Assembly (NCBI GenBank): GCA_009103225.1
Contig: RHPI01001737.1
Span: 248,001 to 312,000 of the forward strand
Source of the DNA: Chlorokybus atmophyticus
Lineage: Eukaryota; Plantae; Mesostigma and Chlorokybus algae
DNA length: 64,000 nucleotides
Reading direction: 5' to 3'
Shown: one piece after another, positions 49,001 through 62,685 of the stretch
How positions within the stretch are numbered: the first letter of the stretch is position 1
Layout: each line of letters opens with the position of its first letter
Made by a program: the position numbers and the translations under genes
The notes under the pieces: model-generated
What the model was told of the DNA's origin: nothing
Database searches by the model: none
The model's input: only the letters and a program-made list of their open reading frames with translations

Positions 49001-51617
49001 TCAACTGGTGAAGCCCAAACTGCTGAAGTCGTCTGGCCCTTGGCGTGGGGGGCCCAACATGGCTGAGAGGGTAGACAGCGTGCGGGGTTCAGGTCTCAAG
49101 CCAGAGAGCTGCAGGCGCTCGAAGAAGCTTCTTGCGGCCTCAAACTCCCCAGCACGCGCGCATGCGGTGATGATTGAGCTGTAGGTCACAACATCCGGGA
49201 CAGTCCGTGCGTCCACCATGCGGTTGAACAGCTCTGCAGCCTTGCGCCACTGCCCGGCTGTACCGCATGCAGTAATGAGGCTGTTGTATGTCACCACATT
49301 GGGCTTGCAGCCAGCGCGTTGCATGTGCTCAAACACGTCCCACGCCTTCTCCCAACAGTCTGAACGCCCATATGCGGTAATCATAGAGCTCCATGTCACA
49401 ACATCTGGCCGCACTCCTGCCACTTGCATCATGCTGAGCAGTCGCTCTGCCTCCCCCACCTTGTGGGTGTTGGCACAAGCGGTGATCAGCGTGTTGAATG
49501 TGACCTGCAGGAACACATACAATCTTGAGCACAACGTCCAACTGATGCACAAGCCAGGAGACAGCTTGCAGCAACAGCAACAATCAACTTACCACGTTGG
49601 GGCGGCAGCCAGCGGCTTTCATCTGTTCAAAGAGCTCCAGCGCGAGGTCTGCTTGCCGGCCTCTGGCGCAGGCTGAAATCACGGAGCTCCACGTGAAGAC
49701 GTCCGGTTGGCAACCAGATGCGCGCATGTTGTTGAAGACCTTCACTGCCTGCTTCCACTGGCGTCCCTTGTCACAGGCCGCGATGAGACTGTTCCATGTA
49801 AACAGGTTGGGGGCGCAGCCATGGTCCAGCATATCCTGCAGAACCACCAGAGCCCGCTCCCACAGGCCCTGCTGTGCGTACGCTGAGATGAGGGTGGAAT
49901 AGGACACCACATCGGGCTGCACACCATCCACCACCATGCTGTTGAACAGCATTTCGGCGCGCTGCCACTGCCCACCCTTGCCACAGGCAGAGATGAGGTT
50001 GGAGTACGTCACGACATTGGGCTCAATGCCCGCCGCCTTCATCTGCTCGAAAGCACGCAGTGCAACCTCCCACTGGCGCCCCTTCTCGCATGCATTGATC
50101 AACACGTTGTATGTCACAATGTTGGGCGGGATACCCTCCTTTTGCATGCGCGAGAAGGCAGCCATGGCAGCCTCCCACTTGCGCCCGCGAGCGAGCGCTG
50201 TGATGAAGAAGTTATAAGAAGATCTTGTTGGCTTGAGACCTGTGGACTCCATGTGCTCAAAAGCACGGATAACGTCCTGCCACCGCCCGGCCTTCTCACA
50301 GACGTTCATGATCACATTGTATGTGATCTGCGTGGGCTTGCAGTTTTGCTGCTGCATAAGACTGAACAGCCGCAGCGCATCATCACATCTGCCCGCCTTG
50401 CCCACAGCCCCAATCAGGCTGGTATATGTCACACCGGTAGGCTTGATACCTCCACTCTCCATCTCATAGAACACCTCCAATGCACGATCAGTCATGCCCG
50501 CTTTCCTGAAAAGCGGAGCAAGCAGTCAGCACCACAATTCGCAGCAGTGCACACACCAACTGCTTGACATTTCAAGTTGACCGTCAGCACTCACCCCAGT
50601 ATGGATATCATGGTTGTGTAGATAAACACATTGTAGTTACCCCCGCACGCAGTTTTGGCCCAATCAAACACCTCAACTGCTCTCGCAACATTGTTGGCCT
50701 GACCCAGGCGTCTCAACAGCTCATTCACTGTTCGCTCCCGCAATGGCACAGATGTGTTTACCAACACCTAATAATCAACAAGCAAATATAAGACAAAATG
50801 CAGGTGCCAAAGAAACATCTGATCGATTGTATGCATGTACACACACCTCTGCGGCTGGAAGGTCAGACGGCAGCTCCAGCAATTGGGTTGCGAGCTGTGC
50901 AACGCGAGGGACGCCCGTGCTGGGCCGCTCAGACCAGCTTGAACTTGGCCGCGAGCTTGCCTCCTGCATGCTCTGAATGCACTCCTGATAGTCATCATCC
51001 CCAAACTCAGACAGCAGGTCCTCAGCCATGCCGTAGGATAGGTGGTCATCCGGCACATCCTCAGCGGCACCCATGGGCGCAGGTTGCCTCTGGACAGCGC
51101 GCATACTGGCAGGCATGTCATCGCGCATGGCGAAAACACCGACAGCACCAAACTGTGGGCTGCCAACGACATCCTCATCCTCGTCAATGCTGCCAGGAAG
51201 TGTTGTAGGTGCAGCAGCATCACCAATGTCAACAACAATGGATGCATGCTTGCGCAGGCTCTTCACGTAATCAACCGGCCGGCTCTCGTGTGAGGCCGGC
51301 CTTGCGGGTGTAGCAGCCGTAGCTGAGGATGCGGGTGGGCCCAGGTTGGGAAGCTGCGTGGGTGTTGGGCCAGAAAAGGGTCCACGTGGGGAGGGTGCTG
51401 TCCAGGAGGACGATGACAATGCTGGCCGCACAGCTGAACTAGCTGCTGACCAAAGGGATGACAGCGCTGTGGAATTGCCCGCGGGACCTGGTCTGGCTCT
51501 CAGCGCGGCTGTGGCGGCCTCCCCTGCAGCTGCGCGCGCCGCTGCAGACTGCCAGTATGAGAAAGTAGGTCTGTCGCCAGCTGTGGGCACCAGCATGCCC
51601 GATGGAAGCGACGCCAT
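49001..51617 (-). CDS. P-class pentatricopeptide repeat protein (4 coding exons, 786 aa, ~14 repeats)
   Basis: Exons 51617-50847, 50767-50595, 50505-49593 and 49504-49001. There are 13 clear 35-aa repeats (e.g. NVVTYNSLITACGTAGQWRKAAELFNRM) plus one degenerate repeat. The start codon is inferred. Confidence 0.9.
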
Positions 51618-53674
51618 GTGTAAACCTGCTTGCTCCGACAAGTCCTACACGAACGCCTGCTTGACAAAATAGCCAAACAACCAGATTCAGCAATCACCTT
51701 AAACTACCTGCTGAAACAGGGCAGGGCGAGGAAATGATTGTGTTGGCCACAGCTACTATAGTGATGTTGACGAGTGAACTACCGTGGTAATCGCAAATCC
51801 CCAGAAATGATGAGGTAAGCACTGGCATGTGACGCTTATGTGATGTCTGAATGCGTCTGCCACAAATAGTGTGCGTATGTGACGCTGCATGCAACAAACA
51901 GTGCAACTGCAACTGTAACACTCAAACAATACCAGCAGGCACGCACAACTTTTAATACAACCAAGCACGGTAGACGACTATGCAGCCATAAGCACAGCGA
52001 CCACAGCACACCAAAAATGTACTGCCTATTCACCTTACCTGTAAACTTTGCAAACCCCAACGACGAGGTAGCAAAACTCCGCCCACCAACTCAGGTATGC
52101 TCCGCTTCACTCACACCTGAACCTTTTGCTGCACCCGCTGGCCTACACCGCCGGCGGATGTGCTTTCCCCTATGACAAAAACCCTAAGCTCCGCCGCCGT
52201 CACCGCCGCCACCTTCCTGTTTGCCACCGCCGCAGTTGTGCGCTGTTTTGATGACGCGAGCGCGAGTGACGGCGCAAAGCCGTATCACCAGCCTGCGCAA
52301 ACTGACGGTCTGTCGTGGCCCAATCGCAGCGCGGCTAGTGCGTATTCCGGGCTACGGGTACGCTCGACGGACGTCACGATACTTGTTAAGATACGCGTTG
52401 CAGGCCCGCGGCCCGCCTGGTACGCTCTGGAAAAGTGTCGAGGTCATCGCTTCAATCGCGTTCGTTGCCATTTCGTCACCGAACGTCTAAGAACATACGA
52501 GACGTAACGTCACCATACAACGAGCTCCGAGACAGAGCTTGATTGTTATGTTAGGCTTGCTCAACGTGCGGTTACGGCAAGGTACATGTTTACCGGGCTC
52601 GCGCGAGCGGATGGGCACACGCAGGGGAAAGTGCGTCAGCAGCCGGCACGCTCTCCGATTCGCGAGGTTGCCACGTTGACGGTAACGGTTTTTGCGAGGG
52701 GTCCGGCAGTTGATGACGTCCTTCGCGCGAAGCGTACAGAGGGTATCGCACACTGTCTTTTCCCGCGCTGGATGGGAGGTACCGCCGCAGGAGGACTCCG
52801 GCAGGACACCAACTCGATGAGGTACGCACGGTAAATATGTGCCCGAGATACAATGCACACATACTTACACTTCGCAGATTGTATCGGGGATCTGATTTTT
52901 ATATCGGTCTGGTGTCAGCAGCAGGCGAGATCAGCCTTCGGGGCACCGGAGTGTTGATACGTTCTCACGGATGGGAAATACACTCATGTATGCAGACAGA
53001 GTGAAAAATTATCTACATGAAATGGCGCAACTTTCTATCTAACTTGTGGTTTATTTGGAGCAGTGTAGCGCCGGCTGGCCTGGCACAGAACGGCGGCAAC
53101 ACAGCCGGGCATCAACCGTACTGTTTCTCAATTTCGGACTGCCGATGCCCACCTGCACCGATCAACGCTGATTGCAACGCGCGATACCAAAAAATGCTCT
53201 TCCCATCAAGTTAAATACGGCAGCGTCACTTGCAGGTCACAAAACAGTGTCGCGCACTGCTAATGGGTAAGGTCGAGCGCGAACGGGCAGCATCGTCCGA
53301 AATTACGACCGAAGTTAGGTACACTTACCTTAGTTGCAGAGATACGTATGCCGTTGCCCGGATGAAAGCCGCCCATTTTTACAGAAGCCCCCCATCCCTT
53401 TTTATGAAGGGGGCTTGTATTCGGGCGGGGGCTTCTATTGGGAAGGGGGGGCTTCTTCTCGGCGCAAGTTACGCTGTCAACTGGCTGAGTCGCGCGTGTC
53501 AAGCGTAATCCGACACTTGATGCGCGCGAGTCCCACGCAGAACAGCGTAATTTACGCGCGTCAAGTGTAACCCAAGCAGCACAAGAGTCATGTGGGGGGC
53601 TTGTAAGTGTTTACACCCCACCCTTTTCTGCCAGGGGGGCTTGTATTCGCACGGGGGGAGGGGGGGGGGGGGGG

Positions 53675-53830
53675 NNNNNNNNNNNNNNNNNNNNNNNNNN
53701 NNNNNNNNNNNNNNNNNNNNNNNNNNNNNNNNNNNNNNNNNNNNNNNNNNNNNNNNNNNNNNNNNNNNNNNNNNNNNNNNNNNNNNNNNNNNNNNNNNNN
53801 NNNNNNNNNNNNNNNNNNNNNNNNNNNNNN
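53675..53830. other. Assembly gap (N run) flanked by G homopolymers
   Basis: Direct reading. Confidence 0.99.
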
Positions 53831-55497
53831 GGGGGGGGCAGTACGCACACATGTTGATGTGTATAGGCTTTTCAGATGTTGACACAGTGCACACCAAGTC
53901 AAGCACAAGCACCAACAAGCACACCAGCTAGCACATAGGCAAGGGCAGCTCAATCAAAAGGGCAAGGGCGCGGATTAACTTATGTGCACTAGCTATGTGC
54001 TGATGATGAGCGGAAGGGAGGGGCAGAGGCAGCGAAACAGGAAGGGCAAGCGGTCGCAAGATTGCAAAGCATCTGTTGGCCCGGGTGGGTTAAAAGAGGG
54101 CTTGTACCGCAGCAACCTGCAATAACAGCAGGGGAGGTGGAGGTGGAAGGGGCGGGCGTAGGTGCTGTGCTATGTTGTGCAACGATAATGAGGCCACCAC
54201 GTGTATAAGTTGGACTAAGGCATGTAATGCGTATAAGTGCATCATAATATCATTATAATCAGACGAGCCAAATCACAAGCTAGCGTGCAAGTTAATTTTT
54301 TTCTATTCCAGTTCATGTCAAAATATTATTATTACCTGCAGAATGTGTACGAGTTAAATCAATGCAATGTTTTTGAAATGATTATAATGGTAAATGAACA
54401 AAGCTAGCTATTGCATCTGCAAAGCATAATGACGAATGTCGGCACAAATAGTAACAACATTATGGAGTGCTGCAATAGTGAGAGCTTAATTAACACGGAC
54501 ATATGGCATCATCTGCAATTCCTACACATTGTACACCTTATCGCCATCATGTTTGCCGTAACCGCACTTGTAGATTGCGTGGATGACAATTAATTCGCGA
54601 GCACTCACACACACACTCTTCTTCACACTTATGTGCATTTATTGTACTTATCCAACGCCGCATATGAATAGAGTCCAAGAATTAACTCTGCCTATGTTTA
54701 TAATGTAGTATGCAGGGATTGTGGCATGCATGAGAATGTAGCCAACATGCATGCAGTCCACACACTACACCATCGCACTCTTATAGTTGTTCCTGTCTTC
54801 CCGTGAGTAATACATGATTGCAAGCCAATCGTCTCTCCTTCACATGTGTTAACAACTATTTCGTGAGATGCCGTGTACGAGTATTACTTAGACACTATTG
54901 AACTTGAGTGTTCATTTACAACCTCTTTATACATGGCAGACGACATGTGTGCTCATGCACATGCACATGCCAAAATTCGCTTTCAGTAGCACAGCAGCAA
55001 ATCATGCACAGGTAGGGCGGACATGTCATTGAGTCCTTGCCAACAGCTGTCCTGTTGAAGGCCACCGCAACCGTGCTTATAGCCTTGTGCATTGATTGCT
55101 GCAGGTTGAAGGAAAAGCCATCCCCTTTGATACCAAGCTCCTCACACCATGAAGCTGCTATGCAGTTTTGGCATAAACACGACTCCTTACCACCACAATC
55201 GCACGTCCGTGTCATGTGCAAAAGCTCACATCATACCTGCGTCGGTAAGTATACAGCCCGTCAGTTCAACCCCTGCTCGTCCCCCATGCCCCCCAACGCA
55301 TATACAGCTTGCTAGCTGACTGTGCAGCATGTGCAACTTCCTGTTATGGTAACAATGAACCAGCTTGAAACAACATATGCAACACCTTACAACATGGCCC
55401 CTGTAGTGCTGTACCTGCTCAGTGGCTCCAGGCTGTGCGTCCAGGCCAGCCTAAGCCGCTTTCCAGCCTAATTCGCCAACACAGCATCAAACACTCG

Positions 55498-58400
55498 TCA
55501 GTATTCGCCATCATCGTCATCGTCATCAGAATCTAGACTGATGGCTGTTGAAGGTGTCAAGATGTGCGCTTGATTTGCTTGCGGCGAATGTCCATTGCTG
55601 ATCGTGTTGAAAGTTGAGCTTGGCAGCGGGCCCAACTCAAGGGGAGCATTGTAGTATGAGCTCTGCTGCGGTGAGGAGGTCAGGTTCAGCAGCGTGCTGG
55701 CTGCAGAAGACACCACAGGCGGTGGTGCATCATCGGCTGCAGTCTGATCATTGACTTGAGAAGACACCTGCCGCCATGGATTGCTGCTGAGGTTGAACTG
55801 GTGTGCAGTTGAAGCATGAGGACGTGTTGTTCGAGCCACTGGTGCTGGTGCGTTGCCAAAGTTGTGCTGAGTCTGCCAGGATGATGGCAGCATAGGCTGC
55901 GGTCTGATAGCTCTTGGCCTTGTGTTGTAAGATGCATGCGGCTGACCAAATGGTGACAATTGTGGCCACATAGATGTCGACGGCACACTTCCCCATGGGA
56001 CATTGCGTGCTTCAGCTGGCTGGGAGGTGTGCAGTGTACTGTAACGCACACCCGTTAGCCTACCTACCTGACAGCAACCTCTTCACTGCATATCCAAACT
56101 TCTCAGGACAAGATGCTGACCTGAAGAGCGACATGTTGAACCGGCCTTGGTTGGTGCTGTGTTCAACACTTGAGCTGTAAGACGTGCTCGGTGCAGAGGT
56201 GCCTTGGGCAAGGGAGGCATATGCAGGGAAGGTAGAATCCTGTATTGAATTGGTGGCCTGACTGTCCGTGGTGAAGGATGCCAACAGCCTTGCAAAGTCC
56301 GGCTCACTTTGATTGGAGGTGACACCCTCGCCTTCGCTCTTCATCTGTGCACTTGGAGCAGCAGCGGGCGCTTCATCATCACTGTCACTGAGGCTGATTG
56401 CGCTTTCCATCGTCGCACCCTTCGGCTTCTTAGCAGGCGCTGCACTGGAACCAGCTCCTTGAGATACCCGCTTCCTGCTCGCATCTTGAGTGCTCTCATC
56501 CTCAGCATCGCTCAGCTCATGCACACCATTTGAGGTGGGCTGCGAAGCAGCTACCGGCGGTAGCAGAGGTGCGCCGAATTCGGGAGGATGCCAAGCCTCG
56601 TTCAATACCTTGCCATCCTCATCACGAGGGCGCCAAGAGGCATCTGCGGCCAGCTCTATTTCTGTGGCATCTTCATCTTGCTGCAAAGCTTGCAGCACTC
56701 GCAAGAAGTAGGGATCAATATAGAGAGTCTCAATCGCTGCATGCTTAAGACAGATGGGACACTGCCATTTCCTAGTTCGCTGTTGCATCTCAAGGTAGGT
56801 TGGGATATCAAAGCACGCGAGATGCGTGCAATCCCTATACCGGCCAGGCTCCTGATGGAGTGAAAGACATCAATCAATTGGACACGTCGCAGACTTCCCG
56901 CAGCAATTTGCATGACACAGTCGCATGACAACACGCCTGAATGGCCACATACCTGTATACGCATGCCACCCAGGGGGTCTCTAAGGGAAACAACCGAAGA
57001 CAGAGCTACGAGATCATTATCATCTCCATCCTCTGCTTCCGAGCTTTTGCCGCCACCACAGCGCTGGCGAACCATCTCCAATGCGACCTCATAAGCATCT
57101 TGGCTCTCATCGCGAACAACTTGAGCAGTCAGCTGGCATGCAATAAGTTAGGAACACAATTGAGTTGAACGAATGAACCTCGTTAGTAACACACTGCCCT
57201 GGTAATCTAGGAACACTAGGAACTAGGAACACAATTGAGTTGAACGAATGAACCTCGTTAGTAACACACTGCCCTGGTAATCCGTCACTATGATGATGCT
57301 GTTGATAAAGCACATATGCGCATTCGTCTGAAAAATCTAGCAAACATGGCAAGTTATTATTCAGTGGGCAGGTAGCTGACTGAAATGCACCAGTGCTGGA
57401 ATGCTATTTGGATACCCAACACAGAGCTGGGGTCAAACGCGTACCTCTTGCAGCAAACGCTGTCTTGATAGCACAATCATTAAAGCAAAAGGCCTCGTAT
57501 CGTACGCTGTCAACGCAACCCTGTTTATGCCTTCACGAACAAACGCACTGATCTGAGACAACCACAGCATGAGCATCAAGCACTAGTTGTGACAAACAAC
57601 ATCACGAAAAACGATGAGATTGCATTTGACTCTCGGGCATGCAAGTTCTAGCTGCCACCTGCAATGAGTGATGGGAACCCTGCGACTAACCTTGGCAGGT
57701 TCATCACGAGCGTTGTTGCCCAACTGCTGCTGACCTCCTCGAGTGTACACGCGCACTGGCATGACTGTTGCATGCTTATATGAGAACAGGGGCCCAACTA
57801 TATGACAAGCATTGTGAGACAGGAACAAACAGTGCGTGACACGTTTACCATTGACGCGCAAATTGGCGAATGTGGGCCAGTGAAGGCGAAAAGGAACTGC
57901 ATCGTTCAGTAAAATGCACATCACCTGGCCAACGAGAGGTAAGCGAAGAGGTAAGAGAGCAACAAGGTCATGCCAAGTGTACCTGAAGCTCGCATTCCTT
58001 TGACTGCAGCATCCTCATGTGTGAACGCGTCAGCAGAAATGTGCGCTCCAACAAAAGCATAGGATTACTGCACACACAAGCAGCGAACAGCAACCTGTCA
58101 GTGCAGAACGTGCATACCCACTCAAACCAGATGAAGCAAGATTGATGTAGGCAACTGCAACTGACTGCCAGTTCTACTCAAGGCAAACAAGCACAAGCAC
58201 CCTCGATGGACCAGCGATGCAAGTATGCAACACAGCAATGTGGTGAGAACCAAACTGTGAAATTTCAGTCAAGCGAAGTTGGCTTACGACCATATATGGC
58301 GCCATGAAGTATGCTATACAATAACAGCTGCACCAGTCTAACAACCAATGCACAACCTTACACATGCACACGAATTGGTAGCCATGCTGCACAAAAACCG

Positions 58401-59678
58401 CACCTTTGCTGCGCGACAGCCTGTAGCATTGTTGACGGAAATACCACCGCCACGGACTGCCAAAACCTGCCACAGCAATCAGGTCACATTAAGTTGTGTC
58501 ATTGTTCCAACTGCGCTGAAACTTGACAATGTCAACACTCAAGCAGATGGCATGAGGCATTCCATCTTACGGGTCAGCGCGTGCTGCTCGGCAAACGTCG
58601 CAGTAGTACTGGGCAGGCAGATCAGATTCAACTGCACCTAGTCCAAAGCAACTGCAATGCACCCAAACGCCGCACCCATCACACTGCCACGGTGAGGTTA
58701 ACACATGCACTCAGTCACTCAATTCTTGTGGCAACGCACGGGGAAGAGGGCAGGTCCAAGCACAAACTGGTTGGGAGCATCAAGTACCTGCACCATGAGT
58801 TGATGGCTGTCAGCATTGACGCCACACGGGCATCGTATCACTCCATTCTCATGTTCAGTGGCAGGTGCATCCACTGCGTTTCCGTTTGCATTGCCATTGG
58901 TGCCATTGGCCATGGCATTGGTAATCTCATTGGCAACGGCTGTCAACTGGTTTGGTGTACGCCTAGTACTACCTTGCAACTCTCTGCACCAAGTAATATG
59001 CATAAACATTAACACTGCACAGCAAATCCAGACCTTGACTACATGACGAAAGTGCCAGGAATTGGCAAGGGAAGCTCACCTATACACTTCAGTCACCACC
59101 CGCGCAGCTTCTTCTAGCGATACTGCTGGAGTGCGGATGTAGCTACCTAATGACACCACTGGACAAACAAAAGTTTTATTGCACCCAATTACATGTGTTG
59201 TGTGCGATGGTGTTCGCAAATGCAGCAGAACCTAGTGGACGTTGGTTGGTTGAAAGTTTTTTGTGTGTTTACAATCTGCGATGTGCAATGCATGCACGAG
59301 CTGTGTGTCTGTGCTTGCGTGCGCTTCTGGGTGTGCTTGTGCGCATGCTTGCATGCGCATCTTTGATCTGCGGTTGCATGTGCTTTGCAACTTACTTGTG
59401 CGAGGCTCTTGCAAGACGTCGTATAGCCGCTGCTGAAGCTCCTGCTTGTAATTTTGATAGTAAGCATGAAGTGTGCAGCAAAATCATCAACAGGCACTGC
59501 AGAGAGTGCACAAGCAGCAATGCGCAATAGCGTTTCCAAATAACAACGCTTGCTGGTAAGACATGCTACACTTACTTCTCAAACCACCAACACTCACATT
59601 CTTTTTGCCGCTGCGCGGCAAACTCAGCCTGCCAAGAGCCTCCTTTAATTCTTTTAACCGAAAATGACGTATGTACTC
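55498..59678 (-). CDS. SIZ1: Plant-type SUMO E3 ligase (SAP, PHD, PINIT-like region, SP-RING); first exon(s) unresolved, possibly up to ~60130
   Basis: SAP: EYIRHFRLKELKEALGRLSLPRSGKKN/ELQQRL (59678-59598, 59441-59396). PHD: IRCPC..CDGCGVWVHCSC..YYCDVC..ADP. Also PFRLHWP..LRVNG. SP-RING: VSLRDPLGGMRIQ/EPGRYRDCTHLACFD..RKWQCPICLK. Acidic SIM-like ISLSDSDDE and ISLDSDDD, with the stop at 55498. Confidence 0.9.
57149..57282. repeat. 59-bp identical direct repeat (57149-57207 and 57224-57282) inside SIZ1
   Basis: Direct reading. The spacer is two partial copies of the unit start. Confidence 0.9.
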
Positions 59679-61619
59679 CTGCCAAATTTCGACGAAGAAC
59701 AGAGCTAAAGTTGTTGACTGACAGATGAGCGCACTATAGCATCGACAAGCAACAACCAACATGCACCATGCATGCAACCGCATGCACCTGCACATCTGCG
59801 ACCTACAATTCGCAACACTGTAGCGCGCTGTTTACAGAGACAGATCATGCATGCAAGCTCATGTACACAACCTCTGAACCACAACTGTGCCACGACTTCA
59901 CAAAAATTCGAGTCCATGCAAACTGTGGTGGGCGTTGAGCACCACGTGCAGGGTGCCATGCAGGGATAGACGATGAACAGCCTCAATTACACATGAGCTA
60001 CAACCTCAACTGCTATGCTGCTTGTTTTGTGTAACAGCGCTAAAGTTGGCACGAACTCAGCAGCGTTTGCGTAACTCGCTGCGGCGACAAACAACTGAGG
60101 CGGGACAACCTGACTTGTCGCAGCAGTCATGATCACGGCAAGAGTAGTACCTTGGCGCTCGCCGTACACATGTCGTCAATAACATGATCTCAGGCGCACG
60201 CATACACCACCACGGCCGCACCAGGCCGGCAGAGGCGACAGAATCAGTCCCCAACTCATCCACGAACGGCTGCCTCCACACTGCATGCTACAACTGAAGT
60301 CGACAGCGCATGCCGCAGCTAGCTTCCTTTGACCTCCCTACGTACGGCTGGCTAGCAAGCTTCCACCAAACCCTACTGCAGAAGACTAACTTAGCTGCTT
60401 ACTCAGCAACTAAGCGTACACCGCACAAGTCAATAAGTTGGGCGGTGCATCAACACACACACCCGCACATACACGTACATGCTCATATATACCCAAACTC
60501 ACGTACACACACATTCACACACTCGCACACGCAATTTACCGTTGCCGTAGAGCAGCATGTGCAGATCACACCCCACAGCAACACGAAGCAGCAGTACAAC
60601 CGCGCTACAGCAGTGCGTTTGTTGCTTTCTTTCTTTCTTGATTGCTTGCAGCAACGGGAGAGCAGACCCAGCAAACAGCAAATAAACCTGTCCGTGAACG
60701 TGCTTGGCTACCACAGTTCACCTCACCACCACAGCGAGGCCGTGACGGCAGCAGCAGCAGCAGGATCAAAACCCTAATCGATGATGCCAGCTGGCGCGCC
60801 CCAAAAGCGGCAAGTAGCGCGCGTAACGTTACGTGGCAGGTAACAAACGTTAGCACCTGCTAGTAGCCGTTTGCCTTTATGCCCACCAATTGATCATGAC
60901 TTGATCATCAACAAGGCGTCAAGTCTCGATGACACTTGCATGACAAGGCGTGTAGGCCTACCGGTAAGTATCCTTATCCTGAGTCGGCATTGAGCGGAGA
61001 TGACCTGTCATAAGTTGACTCATAACATCGGTATGTATAACATAGATTGGCCGATACCGGTAGTGTGGCGCATAGAGTAGCAAATGGCGCTTCTGCCATT
61101 TCCACTGACGTTTATAACATGGAACACTGAAAAAATGTAACATGTACAATAAGTTGTTTATATTTAAGGATGACACGAATTGCAATGCATAGTTGAAAGT
61201 CTTGTGTTGTGTAAAGCGTGTTATATATATGATATAACTTTATTATAACTCTATTACTTTAATAGAACATACTGCTAATGTTATCATGATATTGGTATAT
61301 GTATGTCATAGTATGACTCCAACACCAATGACAACAACAATTATGATTAGGTAATGCATATGATGAATAGGTTCAAGCACATGCATTTAGATAATATGAG
61401 AGAACTTGCTATACACATAGTAAAATGCCACCGTTTGCAAATGGCAACTTGAAAGGCAAGGCGTTATTTATCACTATGACAATAGTACTCACAATGATAA
61501 AACATGTGTACATTTGTTCACTTTTAGAGTGATATTGGTTAATTCTTTAAGTTTTATAGTATGTGATTAGTTTTGATATCTAAATGGAATTATGAAATAT
61601 GTTGTAGATAATGTGAGAC

Positions 61620-62137
61620 TGTTACGGGATGGCCTGATAATAACGCCACAATGGCCACAAAGTACACTTTGTATCTTTGTAGCCTAGTGGTTCGTTACAT
61701 TGGTCATCGGGACTTGAGACCTAAAGGTGCTGAGGTCAAAACCGCCTTGCAGCAGATCGAGAAGGATTTTTGAGGTCGTTGTATCGATTGAAAAATGATG
61801 GGTCGCGCGCATCTGCTTAATGCCACGCGCATTTGCTTAATCCGACGCGTCGCGTACTTGCAGCCGCCACTGGGTAGTACCGCGCGACTTACCAGATGGC
61901 GACTGACAGTCGGACTCAGCGGCGTAATGCGCGCTGCAACTGCTTGGATAATTACAAAGCGCTTCCACTGCTACGTGACGAGACTCTCGCATGGGATGCC
62001 CTGTAAAACTCACATCAAATGAGGACATGGGATGGCTAGGAGGGGGGGTGCGGGGGGAGTCACATGACGACCCGATAATAAAGCCACAATACCCACAAAA
62101 CACACTTCATGCTTTTGTGGCCCATTAGTTCGTTACA
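61620..62137 (+). mobile_element. Old TRIM (518 bp) with diverged 80-bp LTRs and a 5-bp TSD GAGAC
   Basis: LTRs at 61620-61699 and 62058-62137. PBS-like tggtcatcggga and a G-rich PPT are present. GAGAC at 61615-61619 and 62138-62142. The LTR is related to the 62686 family. Confidence 0.85.
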
Positions 62138-62685
62138 GAGACTAACAACACACTTGCATGCATTTATCACAGAACAAGCTCATACTTCATTTCGGATGCA
62201 AAATCTCTTCCAACAAAGTATATCGTTTCATGCCATATGAAGTAAATGAAGCTTTTTGATGTTAATGAAATGCAATTTAATATAATTTAAACAACATTGC
62301 TTGTATTGACTATGCGTGACGCTATACGCATGAATAAACATGCAAGCTATAGATTAAAGACATGTACAAGAATGCGAAATATGTGAAGATATGAATAAAT
62401 ATAATGGCATACATCAATTAGAGACACACATAGTCAGTGGTCGTCACACCTTGTGACGGTTACAGTTATGCAGCATCTATCCATCATGCACACATCTCAA
62501 CTATGTGACACAATAATGTATTGCATTTTGCAATCGTGTAATAATGTGTATGCTGTGTTGTAACTCTCTTTGTTATTTCATTAAAATAAGCAACAAGAAT
62601 ATTAGCTGTGTCATGATTGTTCACTTCGGCTTGCATACTTAACATGGCAAACATATTTGAAGAGTTGTAATGAGTATGCTACAAC

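Noticed and set aside
58572-58983. Host SIZ1 PHD as the donor of the retrotransposon PHD
   Set aside because: Spacing and sequence differ (CPC..CDGC..VHCSC vs CENC..LLCEGC..HCYCL), so proximity looks coincidental.
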